A stretch of 63,350 nucleotides of DNA, filler included, from Octopus bimaculoides (lineage: Eukaryota), in assembly GCF_001194135.2 (NCBI RefSeq). It is 7 parts of 6 records of this genome, joined end to end, with 100 filler letters (N's around TTAATTAATTAA, not from the genome) between each part and the next. Parts side by side here need not be neighbours in the genome. Positions count along the whole stretch, not along the records: positions 11,203 to 24,049 come from NC_069000.1; 6 more parts are not named here. One strand, written 5' to 3'. Under the pieces are notes generated by a model. It saw only the letters and a program-made list of their open reading frames with translations. It was not told the DNA's origin and did not search any database. This document shows, piece by piece, positions 12,518 to 24,149 of the stretch (positions within the stretch are counted from its first letter, which is position 1; every line of letters starts with the position of its first letter). The translations under genes and the position numbers were made by a program.

Positions 12518-12755
12518 TGCCTTTCATCCTTTTGGGGTCGATAAATCTGCTTCCCCCTCCCCCGCCCCCCCCAAAAAACAGGCCTTATCCCTACAGCAGA
12601 AAGGATTATTATTGTTATAATTGAGAAGGTAGCGTGCCGGCAGAATCGTTACCACGCCGAACAAAATGCACACCGTCATTTTGTTTGTCTTTACATTCTG
12701 AATTGCGTTCAAATTCCACACAGGTCGACTTTACCTTTCATCTTTTCGTGAAAAG
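12518..12755 (+). mobile_element. Two adjacent SINE family C fragments
   Basis: A body/tail piece at 12518-12612 is followed by a head piece, GGCAGAATCGTTACCACGCCG...GGTCGACTTTACCTTTCATC, at 12625-12755. Confidence 0.7.
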
Positions 12756-13269
12756 CACTCAACTTGATGTAGCTACATGCCGTTCGGAGCCATCCTGAAA
12801 CAGGATAGTGTCCCACCAGCTACCCACACATCGAGAACAACTCTCGTCTATTCATATCCTTACACAGGTCTGGGATTTGATTTCCTCTCCGAAACACGAA
12901 TCTATCTGCTTTATCTTTTCGAGCCTGTGTCCCAACACCGTTCTTCCTTCTATAACCTCCGATGGCTTTGCAGTCAACCCGACCTTTCTCAGATGACCAA
13001 CACACCCTGTTTTTCAGTTTGTGGGGTTGTTCTTTCCAAAAATACTCCACTGTCCATCTTTCGCCGTCGAACTCGGCCTCGAAGTCACCGTCTTCAATTT
13101 TACCTACAATATTCCCTCTCTCTGACGGTAACCTGTCTCTCCAACAGCCTTCTTTCTCCGCTCCACGTTCACAGTATGCAGTACAACGGTCACCGAATTC
13201 CATTCTGTCCTGCCAACCTTATAAATCGTGAAATGCCGTTGAGTGTTTTCTGTTGTATTTAATGTCCTC

Positions 13270-14700
13270 TACGTAATATATATGCAGTACAAGTTGTGCT
13301 ACTTTCTGTAAATTTGACAAATTTGTAAGTTCTGGAGTTTTGGTCATATATTATACATATCTTTTTTTTCTCCTTTTTTTTTTTCGTGATTTGTCCGTAT
13401 CTGTTTGTCTTTTGGGTTTGGGGTTTTTTTCACCATTCGAAAGGAAGTTATTGCAACGGGAGTTGTTTCTGTTTTCAATCTCGATACACCGGTTATCTTT
13501 ATTTCAATATCTTTACATTTGGATAATCTCCCTATTTCTTTTAGTATTACATTATTGTCTATTGGAAGTGACTAGGAAATATTTCTTTTACTGGTGGTCA
13601 TTGATATTGACAATATCCAAACTATTTTTCTAAACTGCCGTGTCTGTGTGAATTATATCCCAATTTATAGCCACTGTTTCATTCAATATGACATTTTAAA
13701 TTTATGTGTATGCTAATACAAACTTCTTTTTTCTCTGTCAGTATTTCACAATGCTAGGTAATTCCAGTGTATGAGAGATCGAGAAACAATGTTTTGTTTC
13801 TTTTTCTTCATAACTTATACATATTCTGTTTTGAATATCAAAAGTATGTACTCTACATATCCTGCAAATGTATTTTGTAATTCTACTTCATTATGTTTTT
13901 GACAGTTTCTGCTGAGGAAAGCTTTCTTTTTATACTGCACTAAAAAATTATGTTGTTTCAGTTTTAAACCATGTATTTCTCAATTAATGTTGTCTTATTT
14001 TTGTTTTGTTTGTTTATTCTTTGTCCATTTCTTTTTTGTTCAATTTTGTCAGGTATTCGCCATATAGTTGGTTTTCGTACCACCGATTTAGAATAACATT
14101 CTGCAGTCCCAGTTCCAACTTTATTTTTAGGTTTTTAACAACTTCTGTCGTTGTTCACCATTTTCTTCACAATTATCTGATAAGTCAGTCTCAATTTTAT
14201 ATTTGTCGGCTTCTTTGAAAACGAAATACATCTTTAATAATTTGTAACTATTTATATTAGTTTCCTATGATTTGTACAAACTATTTTTCTAATCCGGCAA
14301 TAGCTATTTTGTAATAATTTTCTATTGCAGAAGAGCCTCTGTCTTTTTCCCTGGTAAATATATTCTCTTCGTGTCAGTTTTAATGGATGTGTATTCTAAA
14401 TGCAATCAAAATATTACTTGTTTTCCTATCTACTCTATATTTTATTCACTTAATGTCTTATATAATAACTATAAATGATTACTGGAAAACCTTTAGGATT
14501 GGCCCTTATTACCTTAATCTTTGCATTTATCTGTTTCAAGCATCCTTACTTTTCTTTCATATACGTATGTTTTACTCAGTCTAGTTCACTTAATTCCTCT
14601 GTATTTATAAATCTGTGTCTAAATCTAATTTTCTTATCTCTATTCTTTTGTCATCATATTAGTACTGTTTAATAATTTTCCTTATTTTGTTAAGATTATT
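13270..14700 (-). mobile_element. R4/Dong-type LINE, 5'-truncated and decayed (RT thumb, REL endonuclease)
   Basis: Minus translation pieces: GKLLNSTN, ENYYKIAIAGL, NRWYENQLYGEYL, LDIVNINDH, PIDNNVILKEIGRLSKCKDIEIKI..LKTET. These parallel 34430-34680. Confidence 0.7.
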
Positions 14701-14800
14701 TCTACAGAAATTCTATAGAACTTATAGCCAGCACTGATTTTTGCTACAGCGTTTCGTATTGAGACGTCGCATGTAAACAGACATTGTGATCGAAGATAAA

Positions 14801-14870
14801 AGTGGGTAATGAGTGTATATGCCATATTTCGGGGTTTGTTGCCCCTTCATCAACACTCATCTAACCCACT
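14801..14870 (-). ncRNA. Hammerhead ribozyme motif with C3-to-U core change
   Basis: Minus strand: AGTGGGTTAGATGAGTG-TTGATGA-A-GGGG caacaaa CCCC-GAAA-TATG G CATA-TA-CACTCATTACCCACT. It has a long stem I and a palindromic stem III. Confidence 0.65.
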
Positions 14871-15003
14871 ATTGCCTCCGAACACATTGCTTATATAGCC
14901 ACCGTATACAACGGTGTTAAGTTATTGGATATAACAATTTACATATTAGACGCATTCCTACAAATCTTTAATGTTTACATACCAGCCCCAGGAATGCGTC
15001 TAA

Positions 15004-15338
15004 TACGAGGGTGAGTCAAAAAGTAATGCCATTTTGTTTAGGACAGGTATAATAACCAACACAGGAACATGTATCATACATCAAAATGAAACTGGTCCTC
15101 TGTGGATCACATCCCTCAACATAGTCACCGTTTCTCTCAATAACAATGTTCCACCTTCGAATGAGAGCATGTACCCCTGCCCCGTAAAATTCTGTTGACT
15201 GTTCTTTGAGCCACATCTTCACTACAGTTTTCACTTCCTCGTCACTGGACTATGATCGTCACTGGACTATGATCGTCACTGGACTATCATCTCTTCGGCC
15301 CCATGAAAGAGGGTTTGAGAGGCAAACATTATTCCAGT
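15004..15338 (-). mobile_element. Mariner transposon 3' fragment with TIR and an internally inverted piece
   Basis: TIR-like TACGAGGGTGAGTCAAAAAGT at 15004. The minus strand gives SDEEVKTVVKMWLKEQSTEFY..RWNIVIERNGDYVE; the plus strand at 15283-15338 gives DYHLFGPMKEGLRGKHYS. Confidence 0.88.
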
Positions 15339-15884
15339 CTTAACAAGTTGATTAATAATGAAGTTTTACAATCATAAGAACTAAACTAGCATCCCTTCTG
15401 TTCAGGAATCTTTTTTTTTTTAATGTTAATTCCGGTTGTCATTTATCTTCTGCGGTAGTGTGTGTAAGAAATTTATGAGTTCAAGGCAGGCAGGTCACGT
15501 GTGGGATTTCTTAGATTTGTTTGTCTTGAAGATTAGATGCCCTCATCCCTCCTTTAATGTACCTTTCCGGTGTAGTTTCTGATTCTTCCAATAACAGACC
15601 TGCTGTTATGTTTCACCGTGTCCTTTTTAAATAGTTGAACCAGAAGTGAGGAATTTTATCGTTTCACGCTACCTTCCAATTACACTGTGTAAAAAAAATA
15701 ATGTTATTTGTTTTGTTTTCTTACATTTTTTTTTTTTTTCTTTGATCAGTAAGTGTTATTTCCTATTTGCTTTTATCTGGAAATCAAAGGAAATGACTAC
15801 TATTCCCTGCAAACTTAGCTTTTGTGACCTAGACATCATTGTTTTGAAACTGACCTATTTTCCATTACATTTCAAACAGATTCA

Positions 15885-16080
15885 GCGCTGAGTTGCTGAA
15901 GCAGAAATATCGTAATAGCAAATATTCTGCTCAATACTGATTTGACTGTCAGTTGTTTGACCTTAACCACTTGAACATGTCTCTTAGTGGCTGGCGATGT
16001 GTGCATCTCTAATCATGAGCAGGAGTAGTAGGGGAGCATTATAGCCATGTGTTGAGAGGGATTCTTTAGGGTTTGAATAA
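15885..16080 (+). mobile_element. Repeat family E, 5' portion
   Basis: 15944-16080 matches the reverse complement of about 40520-40653. Confidence 0.7.
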
Positions 16081-16568
16081 ATGTAATAAAAGCAAAGTGT
16101 GAAGGAAATATTAGCTATTTTTCATACTTTCTAGGGGTCAGCAAATACGAAATAACAGTTGCTTCCCAAAGACAAGAATTGTGCTACACAGTGTTATTCC
16201 TTTTCGCGTTGTTTTGTTTTTGTTTTTGTTTTGATTTTCTGTTTACAAGCATTTGGGCTTTGTTGTGAGATGATACGGCCTCTCACAACTGCTCAAGTGC
16301 TACGCTTCTTGTTTTGAACATTTTCGTCTATGGTGATCCTTCATTACTCATAACATACACACACACACGCACACACAAAGAATTTTATGTCTCTTGGGGC
16401 TGCATTAAGTTCTGTTTTATTTCTTATTCGGTTCGTGATGAATTCGTTTTCGATTGGAGACAAACTCTTCCTTTTGTTCAAAGAACGGTTGTCACTTTTC
16501 ATAATGGTGGGTTTTCCGTGCTTTAGCGAAGATCTGTTACCAGACGTTCTTTTGATTTTGGGTATTCC

Positions 16569-16569
<1 letters not shown>

Positions 16570-16611
<42 letters not shown>

Positions 16612-16815
16612 TATCTATTTCTCTCTCTGTCTCTTTTTTCTATCTCTATCTCTCTCCCTCTCTCTCTCCATCTATTCCTCTCTCTTTCTTCTCACACTTT
16701 CTCTTCATTCCTTCTCTCCTTCTCTTTTTTGTCTCTCTCTCTTTCTTTCCCTCTTTTTCTCATTCTCTCTATTCCTCTCTCTCTCTTTTTCTCCCCTTCT
16801 CTCTATCTGCTCTCC

Positions 16816-16862
<47 letters not shown>

Positions 16863-17015
16863 TGTCCCTTCTTCTCTCCTCCTCCTCTCTCTCTCCCTCT
16901 CTATCCCACCTTCTCTCTCTCTTCCCCGCTCCTCTTCTATAGCTCCTTTTCTCCCTCTTTCCCGCTCCTTCGCTCTATCACCCTCTCTCTTCCTCTCTGC
17001 CTCTCTCCCTCTCTC
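16570..17015. repeat. (CT)n polypyrimidine field
   Basis: Seen directly. Confidence 0.95.
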
Positions 17016-17295
17016 TAACTGTGTGCTTACGAGTTCAGTTACGTTTACTGAAATTCTTATATTTTTNNNNNNNNNNNNNNNNNNNNNNNNNNNNNNNNNN
17101 NNNNNNNNNNNNNNNNNNNNNNNNNNNNNNNNNNNNNNNNNNNNNNNNNNNNNNNNNNNNNNNNNNNNNNNNNNNNNNNNNNNNNNNNNNNNNNNNNNNN
17201 NNNNNNNNNNNNNNNNNNNNNNNNNNNNNNNNNNNNNNNNNNNNNNNNNNNNNNNNNNNNNNNNNNNNNNNNNNNNNNNNNNNNNNNNNNNNNNN

Positions 17296-17755
17296 GTCCT
17301 TGTGCCAAAATTTGAAACCAATATTCTTTTCTACTACAGGCACAAGGCCCGAAATTTTGGGGGAGGGGGCCAGTCGATTAGATCGACGCCAGTACGCAAC
17401 TGGTACTTAATTTATCGACCCCGAAAGGATGAAAGGCAAAGTTGACCTCGGCAGAATTTGAACTCAGAACGTAAAGACATGAAATACCGCTAAGCATTTT
17501 GCCCGGTATGCTAACATTTCTTATTTGTTTATTGCCCACAGGGAGCTAAGCATAGAGGGCACAAGCAAGGACAGACAAAGGAATTAAGTCGATTATATCG
17601 ACCCCAGTGCGTAACTGGTACTTAATTTATCGACCCTGAAAGGATGAAACGCAAAGTCGACCTCGGCGGAATTTGAACTCAGAACGTAAAGACAGGCGAA
17701 ATGCCACTAAGCATTTCGCCCAGTGTGCTAACGTTTCTGCCAACTTGCCAGCTTT
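17296..17755 (-). mobile_element. Tandem pair of SINE family C copies
   Basis: Two consecutive units, each containing GGTACTTAATTTATCGACCC.GAAAGGATGAAA.GCAAAGT.GACCTCGGC.GAATTTGAACTCAGAACGTAAAGAC. The tRNA-like head is on the minus strand. Confidence 0.88.
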
Positions 17756-19871
17756 GAAACCAATATTCCTGTATGTGTTGACCCGAGTGAGCATCGACTT
17801 TACTTCAAAACTAATGTATTCGCTGCACGAATTATTTTATTGAACCAGCTGCTCTATCTGTGGTAGCCAGATTTAAATCTGCCTTGTCCAGATTAGCTCG
17901 TTTTACTATTGTTGCTATTTTATCGTTAAGCTCTATCCTTGCGGGGTATTTTCATTGAGCTACAGTAAAATCTTTTGTTAATTTTAAATTTAATAACTTC
18001 TTTCACCTTTCGATTTATCGTGCTCGGCTTCCTATCTTTAAAATGTTCTGTTCTTAAAACTTGTTCATATTCCTCCTCTTTATTCATATTTCTCAATGTT
18101 TTCTTTTGCTTCGGTTTTTATTTGCCAGTTGATGTTTCTTGCCTTTGATTTTGATGTGTTTTATTATTCACTTTATTTACCACGTGTAAGGTCTATTCTC
18201 GTAATTTACATTCTCGATATTTTTATTTTCGCCGTTTGCTCTCTGTTTTAAATTTCGTGTTTCTTATGTAATATTTCTTTTAAATGTTATAATATATATA
18301 TATGCAAAATACTTCATAAGCTCTCAGTTGGTACACCAGGTTAACAATATTAGTTAGATTAGTAAAGAACTCCGAGTAACTTTTTGGTAGGTTTCCAAGT
18401 TATGGTTCATCACAATTCTATATTGTAAATCCGTGGGCGGGCACCAGATAAACTGGTTTTTACAGAGTGATATATAAGAAACAAATTAAAAATAATGGTC
18501 ATTACATATAATTCCTTTATAAGAACAAATTTGGCTTACAGCTGTTTCAAGTAATCATTATAGGTACATTACTGATAGGTTTACTCAACTGGTCTATTGA
18601 TGAATTGAGGTGAATTGAACGACCTAAGAAAATTAATGCTACTTTCGTCAGAGGTATTGCTGGAAATATATATATATATATATANNNNNNNNNNNNNNNN
18701 NNNNNNNNNNNNNNNNNNNNNNNNNNNNNNNNNNNNNNNNNNNNNNNNNNNNNNNNNNNNNNNNNNNNNNNNNNNNNNNNNNNNNNNNNNNNNNNNNNNN
18801 NNNNNNNNNNNNNNNNNNNNNNNNNNNNNNNNNNNNNNNNNNNNNNNNNNNNNNNNNNNNNNNNNNNNNNNNNNNNNNNNNNNNNNNNNNNNNNNNNNNN
18901 NNNNNNNNNNNNNNNNNNNNNNNNNNNNNNNNNNNNNNNNNNNNNNNNNNNNNNNNNNNNNNNNNNNNNNNNNNNNNNNNNNNNNNNNNNNNNNNNNNNN
19001 NNNNNNNNNNNNNNNNNNNNNNNNNNNNNNNNNNNNNNNNNNNNNNNNNNNNNNNNNNNNNNNNNNNNNNNNNNNNNNNNNNNNNNNNNNNNNNNNNNNN
19101 NNNNNNNNNNNNNNNNNNNNNNNNNNNNNNNNNNNNNNNNNNNNNNNNNNNNNNNNNNNNNNNNNNNNNNNNNNNNNNNNNNNNNNNNNNNNNNNNNNNN
19201 NNNNNNNNNNNNNNNNNNNNNNNNNNNNNNNNNNNNNNNNNNNNNNNNNNNNNNNNNNNNNNNNNNNNNNNNNNNNNNNNNNNNNNNNNNNNNNNNNNNN
19301 NNNNNNNNNNNNNNNNNNNNNNNNNNNNNNNNNNNNNNNNNNNNNNNNNNNNNNNNNNNNNNNNNNNNNNNNNNNNNNNNNNNNNNNNNNNNNNNNNNNN
19401 NNNNNNNNNNNNNNNNNNNNNNNNNNNNNNNNNNNNNNNNNNNNNNNNNNAGTGACGATAAACAGAGAGTAGTAAGGGAAAATGGAAGAATGAGGAGTAA
19501 AAAAGAGAAAACGCCCCCTCTTCATTATGCCAAATGTAAAAGCTCTCGAGTATGGCTCAAAGTCTGTTAAGAAAATATTAACAACAGCTAAGTAAACACT
19601 TGCTATCATCGTCAAGTCTGACCATGGCAACAACAGTAACACCTCTGATGTCACTGACATCAATGGCAGTAGCATTGAAATTAGTGCAAACGTAATAAGA
19701 GACAACAGCCGGACCGGCTGCTAGCAACAGCACCCACCACCACTACCACCGCCGCCGCCATTACTATTCCACCACCGAAAAGCAACTCGCTTTTTTTAAC
19801 CCGATTATTTCAACAGTCGGGACTTCTACAAACTACAAGGCAATATCGTTCCTGGAAAAAAGAATATTAAG

Positions 19872-20322
19872 ATGATGAGCTGACAGAATCGTTAACACGC
19901 CGGACAAAATGCTTAGCGGCATTTTGCTCATCTTTACGTTCTGAGTTCGAATTCCACCTAGGTCGACTTTGCCTTTTATCCTTTTGGGGGTTAATAAAAT
20001 AAGTGTCAGTTGAGCACTGGAGTCGATGTAATCGATTTATCCCCTCCCCCGGAATTGCTGGCCTTGTGCCCCAATTTGAAATCAATATCGTTCCTCAAAG
20101 ACGATTAGCTAGCGGAATCGTTAGCATGTCGGCCAAAATGCTCAGCGGCATTGCGTCCGTTTTTACGTTTTGAGTTCAAATGTAGCCGAGGTCGACTTCG
20201 ACTTTCATCTTTCCGAGGTCGATAAAATAAGTACCAGTCGAGTACATGGGTTGATGTAATCGACTTAACCGCCCCGTTCCTTGAAATTGCTGGCCTTGTG
20301 CCAAAATTTGAAACCAATGTCG
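19872..20322 (+). mobile_element. Tandem pair of SINE family C copies
   Basis: Units at 19872-20090 and 20105-20322 are the reverse complement of the family seen at 17296-17755. Confidence 0.88.
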
Positions 20323-21139
20323 TTCTTCAAAGTAACACAGTGGAGATTGGAGCATTCACTTGCAAATATAGGGCCCTTTAAGCCAAAAAAAAAATTAAAA
20401 AGTCTACTATTTACCAATGTGTGAACAGAAAAACTCTGTTCCAGTGCAAGTGAGAGGGTTTATCAAAGATTTGTGGATTCTATGAGTGATATCGCAAAGG
20501 AGAGACAATATGGATTTCCTCAGTGAAAAACCGAGAAACAAACACGCTCTTCCAAGGTGTATTTGTTTATTTCCGATGCTCTCTGTGTGGCAGCGAGTAA
20601 TCAACGTGGCATTCAGCAATGTAAAAACGTTAATTTCGATGACGTCAGTTGTCTCCCCTACAAGTGACTCTCAAGAGTCTCACACGTGATTGTCTCTGTC
20701 AGTATCCTTCATTAAAATCTAACTCCTTTATATGGTTTCCATACATAAGAGTTGAAACCGGTAAGTGATCTTTTACGTGGTCGCCTGACTAACTAGAAAT
20801 GGCAGACGAATATTCGTAATTAAATATTAAATAATGTAGTCAAAGCTACGCAATAAGGAAAAGACGAGACGTTCATGGCTGGAACACTCTTGATCATAGA
20901 TCTACTCAGACAGAGCTAATATTGGGTTAAATAGCAATATCAACATCCTAATATAAGATCTAAATACGAAAATCTATTTAAACTGTATAAAAACTACACA
21001 GAAACGTAAGTCTAATAAAATATCTGACATAGGTTGTAAACGATTTTTGTTGTTAATAAGATTGTAATATTTCAGACTATAAACCACAACTTCAGAGATA
21101 AAAAATAATGTTCAATATTTACAGTTTACACAACGTTAT

Positions 21140-21498
21140 AGGGCAGCGGACTCGCGGTCGTAGGATCGCGGTTTCGATTCCCAGACCGGGCGTTGTGAGT
21201 GTTTATTGAGCGAAAACACCTAAAGCTCCACGACCTCCGGCAGGGTATGGTGGTGAACCCTGCTGTACCCTTTCACCACAACTTTCTCTCACTCTTACTT
21301 CCTGTTTCTGTAGTGCCTGTAATTCAAAGGGATAGCCTTGTCACACTGTGTCACGCTGAATATCCTCGAGAACTACGTTAAAGGTACACGTGTCTGTGGA
21401 GTGCTCAGCCACTTGCACGTTAATTTCACGAGCAGGCTGTTCCGTTGATCGGATCAACTGGAACCCTCGACGTCGTAAGCGTCGGAGTGCCAACAACA
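21140..21498 (+). mobile_element. SINE family B, slightly 5'-truncated, with TSD
   Basis: Colinear with 2402-2752. The 12-bp TSD ACACAACGTTAT lies at 21128-21139 and 21499-21510. Confidence 0.92.
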
Positions 21499-21777
21499 AC
21501 ACAACGTTATGGTACAAAGAGAAGGGAAATTGACGAAGTTGTTAGAACGTCGGCAAGAACAGCTGTCGGTATTTATTTCCGTATTTTGAATAAAAAGAAA
21601 ATCCCGTCTTAGTTTTTAGGAGACGGGTGTTATGCTGAAAAACAAGTTGTGTAAAAAGATTAGTGGGATCTCATATATTTTATGCCTATGCATTTCTGGA
21701 CTTAATGTTTTTGTACCTCATTTTCATCATTTTGACTTGTGTTTTCCTGGACCTTTGTGTGTGAGCCCGCCAAAATG

Positions 21778-21860
21778 GATGAGGCCGCACAGATACATAC
21801 TGACACACGTCACAAAATGAAATTGTGATGTGTGTCAGTATTTATGTGTGCAAGCCTATC
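21778..21860. ncRNA. Long hairpin, pre-miRNA-like
   Basis: 21787-21851 folds into a 29-position stem (26 Watson-Crick, 1 G-U, 2 mismatches) with a 7-nt loop. Basal pairing GAT.AGGC/GCCT.ATC extends it. Confidence 0.35.
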
Positions 21861-22489
21861 AATTTTTGTTTTACATATTAAATTCCGATAAAATCGTAAT
21901 CTACATCATCTGAAAAGTATTTATAGAAAATTCGTTACAAAATAGCCATTTTGCTGGAAGTTAAGAGGAAACAAACCCGACTCATGTGAATTTTTCAAAA
22001 CTTCTCTCCCCATCTTCGGAGAAAACTATTTATAACAAATTCCGATATAAACAGATTCTGCACCATCTGAAGCATATTTGTAAAAGAATGTCATTAATAA
22101 ATATCCATTTTTCTGGATTTTATGAGGGAACAAAGTTGGTGAGGCACATTTGTGTAGATATGTTCAATGTTTCTTCCCTCATCTCTATATTTTACATAGA
22201 TTTTAAACAAAAGCATTCCACCATTATTCTTTCGTATTGTGGTAGATCTGACATTTTTCATTATTGAAACTTCTAATGCGATTACATTCAAGAGTGCTCT
22301 TTCTGCGAATTGTATTGTTTTATGTTTTGTCCACAACATTATGCTCTATAGGAAGATGGCATTCCAATCTCATTTCCAGACATTGCATATGATGTATGTA
22401 TGGGTAGAAGGATGCATGTATGAATGGATGGCTGACTGGTTGGATGGCTGGCTGGATGGATGGATGGATGGATGTGCCGAAACGTAGAA

Positions 22490-22620
22490 ATATTCGGATT
22501 GGTATCCGAGGGTGCACTAAGCCGACCGGGAATGGAGGACCCCTGGTCTTTGTGAAGACATCCCTCTAGGAAAAGGCTAACTCGTATATTAAACCCGCTG
22601 CTCTACTGAGCCAGATATCT
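22490..22620 (+). mobile_element. Possible RTE-like LINE 5' UTR fragment
   Basis: A GC-richer block, CCGACCGGGAATGGAGGACCCCTGGTC...CTCTAGGAAAAGG..ACTC..ATTAAACC, recalls RTE 5' UTRs. This rests on resemblance only. Confidence 0.3.
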
Positions 22621-23578
22621 CACATTTTGCTTGTTTTGGGGTTTCTTAATATTGCCAGTGAGAGTCGTTGTGATGCTGAGCAAACCGCGCTCGGCTTAGA
22701 ACACGTGCACGAGCATTGCTGACACATCTGTTAGCGATGGTCATACTCGTCAAACGAGTAGGCAGCCATCACTTATGTATGTATGCATGTATGTATGTAT
22801 GTTTGTATGTAAGGTGAATACCTACGTGCTTTCATACACACATAAATATCAACATAAATCTTTGTGAAAAATATGATAATTGGTATTTCCGTACACATTC
22901 TAACGGCCAGCTTTAAAATTAACGTTGTTAAGTCATAAAACTAAACCGGTTTACGATCTTCAACATAAAATCTACATTTCAATAAGAAAATCTATGTTCT
23001 GCAAAACCTGTAAAATTTAATAGCTAGTATAAAACATACATAAACACAAAAACAAAAAAAAACATAGTGAAACACATTCGTTTACATAAATGGAGAAACA
23101 TAGAACACACACACACATACACATACACACACTTATAAACATATATAAATATGTATGTGTATGTTCGTGTGTGTCTGTGTGTTACATATAACGTTCAGAC
23201 TTGCCGATGAGTACAATTGAGTAACATCAATTGCGAGAAACTTTTAGTTATGAGGAAATAATATGGTTTACCAAAATACGATCACGTGTGTGTGTGTGTA
23301 TGTGTGTGTGAGTGTGCAGGTGTGTGTGTGTGTACATACCGTATAAACCTGCATATTTGTCAAGTCGGCGTATAGGCCGAGGTGAAGTTTTTAGGCCCAA
23401 AACGCTGGTTTTAGCATTACTGGCATATAAACCGAGGGCATTGTGTAACAATTACCGGTCGATTTCAGGAATAATCTCAAGTTAAGAAATATGAACGCTC
23501 TTCAATAGAATCTTTGTAAATTATGAATTTACTGTGAAGCGGATGTGGTTAGCGTATATATATACATATAGATAGATT

Positions 23579-23642
<64 letters not shown>

Positions 23643-24149
23643 TATACATAAATAATGTACTCCATACAGTAAAATGTAAACAAAACTGCTACAATTCATT
23701 ATAAGATGAATGAACATTTTATAAACCACGATTCTTCACATTTTACTGTGAAGAATTCATCAATACAATACCAGTAGAGTTGATTATAAGACCAAAATTC
23801 AATTTGATCTAAAAGGTAACGCTATAATCTTTAACTGGAAGCTTGTTTGAATTAGTTCGTTTTGAAAACGTCGTAAGTGATGAAATTACAGCGACTAGGA
23901 TGCATAATTGCATACGGAGCAATGTGTAGTTGCTGCAGTTGAAACATATGTCTGTCATTGTTATTTATGCCGTAGCAAAACGTTTTGTTTTTCTATTAAA
24001 AAGTTTTGCTACGGCATAAATAACAATGACAGACATATGTTTCAACTGCNNNNNNNNNNNNNNNNNNNNNNNNNNNNNNNNNNNNNNNNNNNNTTAATTA
24101 ATTAANNNNNNNNNNNNNNNNNNNNNNNNNNNNNNNNNNNNNNNNNNNN

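Noticed and set aside
16387-17445. 352-aa plus ORF and the antisense 88-aa ORF at 16344-16610
   Set aside because: Mostly (CT)n and N. The unique part has no recognisable homology or convincing splice sites.
18525-18585. Minus-strand GAAA-CAGCTG-TA palindrome resembling hammerhead stem III
   Set aside because: No CUGANGA core is recognisable upstream; at most an unrecoverable relic.
18581-19705. Long ORFs spanning N-gaps (also 38147-39015, 45936-47084, 52732-53875)
   Set aside because: Their length is due to X residues from gaps.
20703-20766. Apparent 58-nt plus-strand exon with a GTAAGT donor
   Set aside because: It runs into what looks like an old dispersed repeat (CTAGAAATGGCAG, similar to 45822-45842) and has no supporting neighbouring exons.
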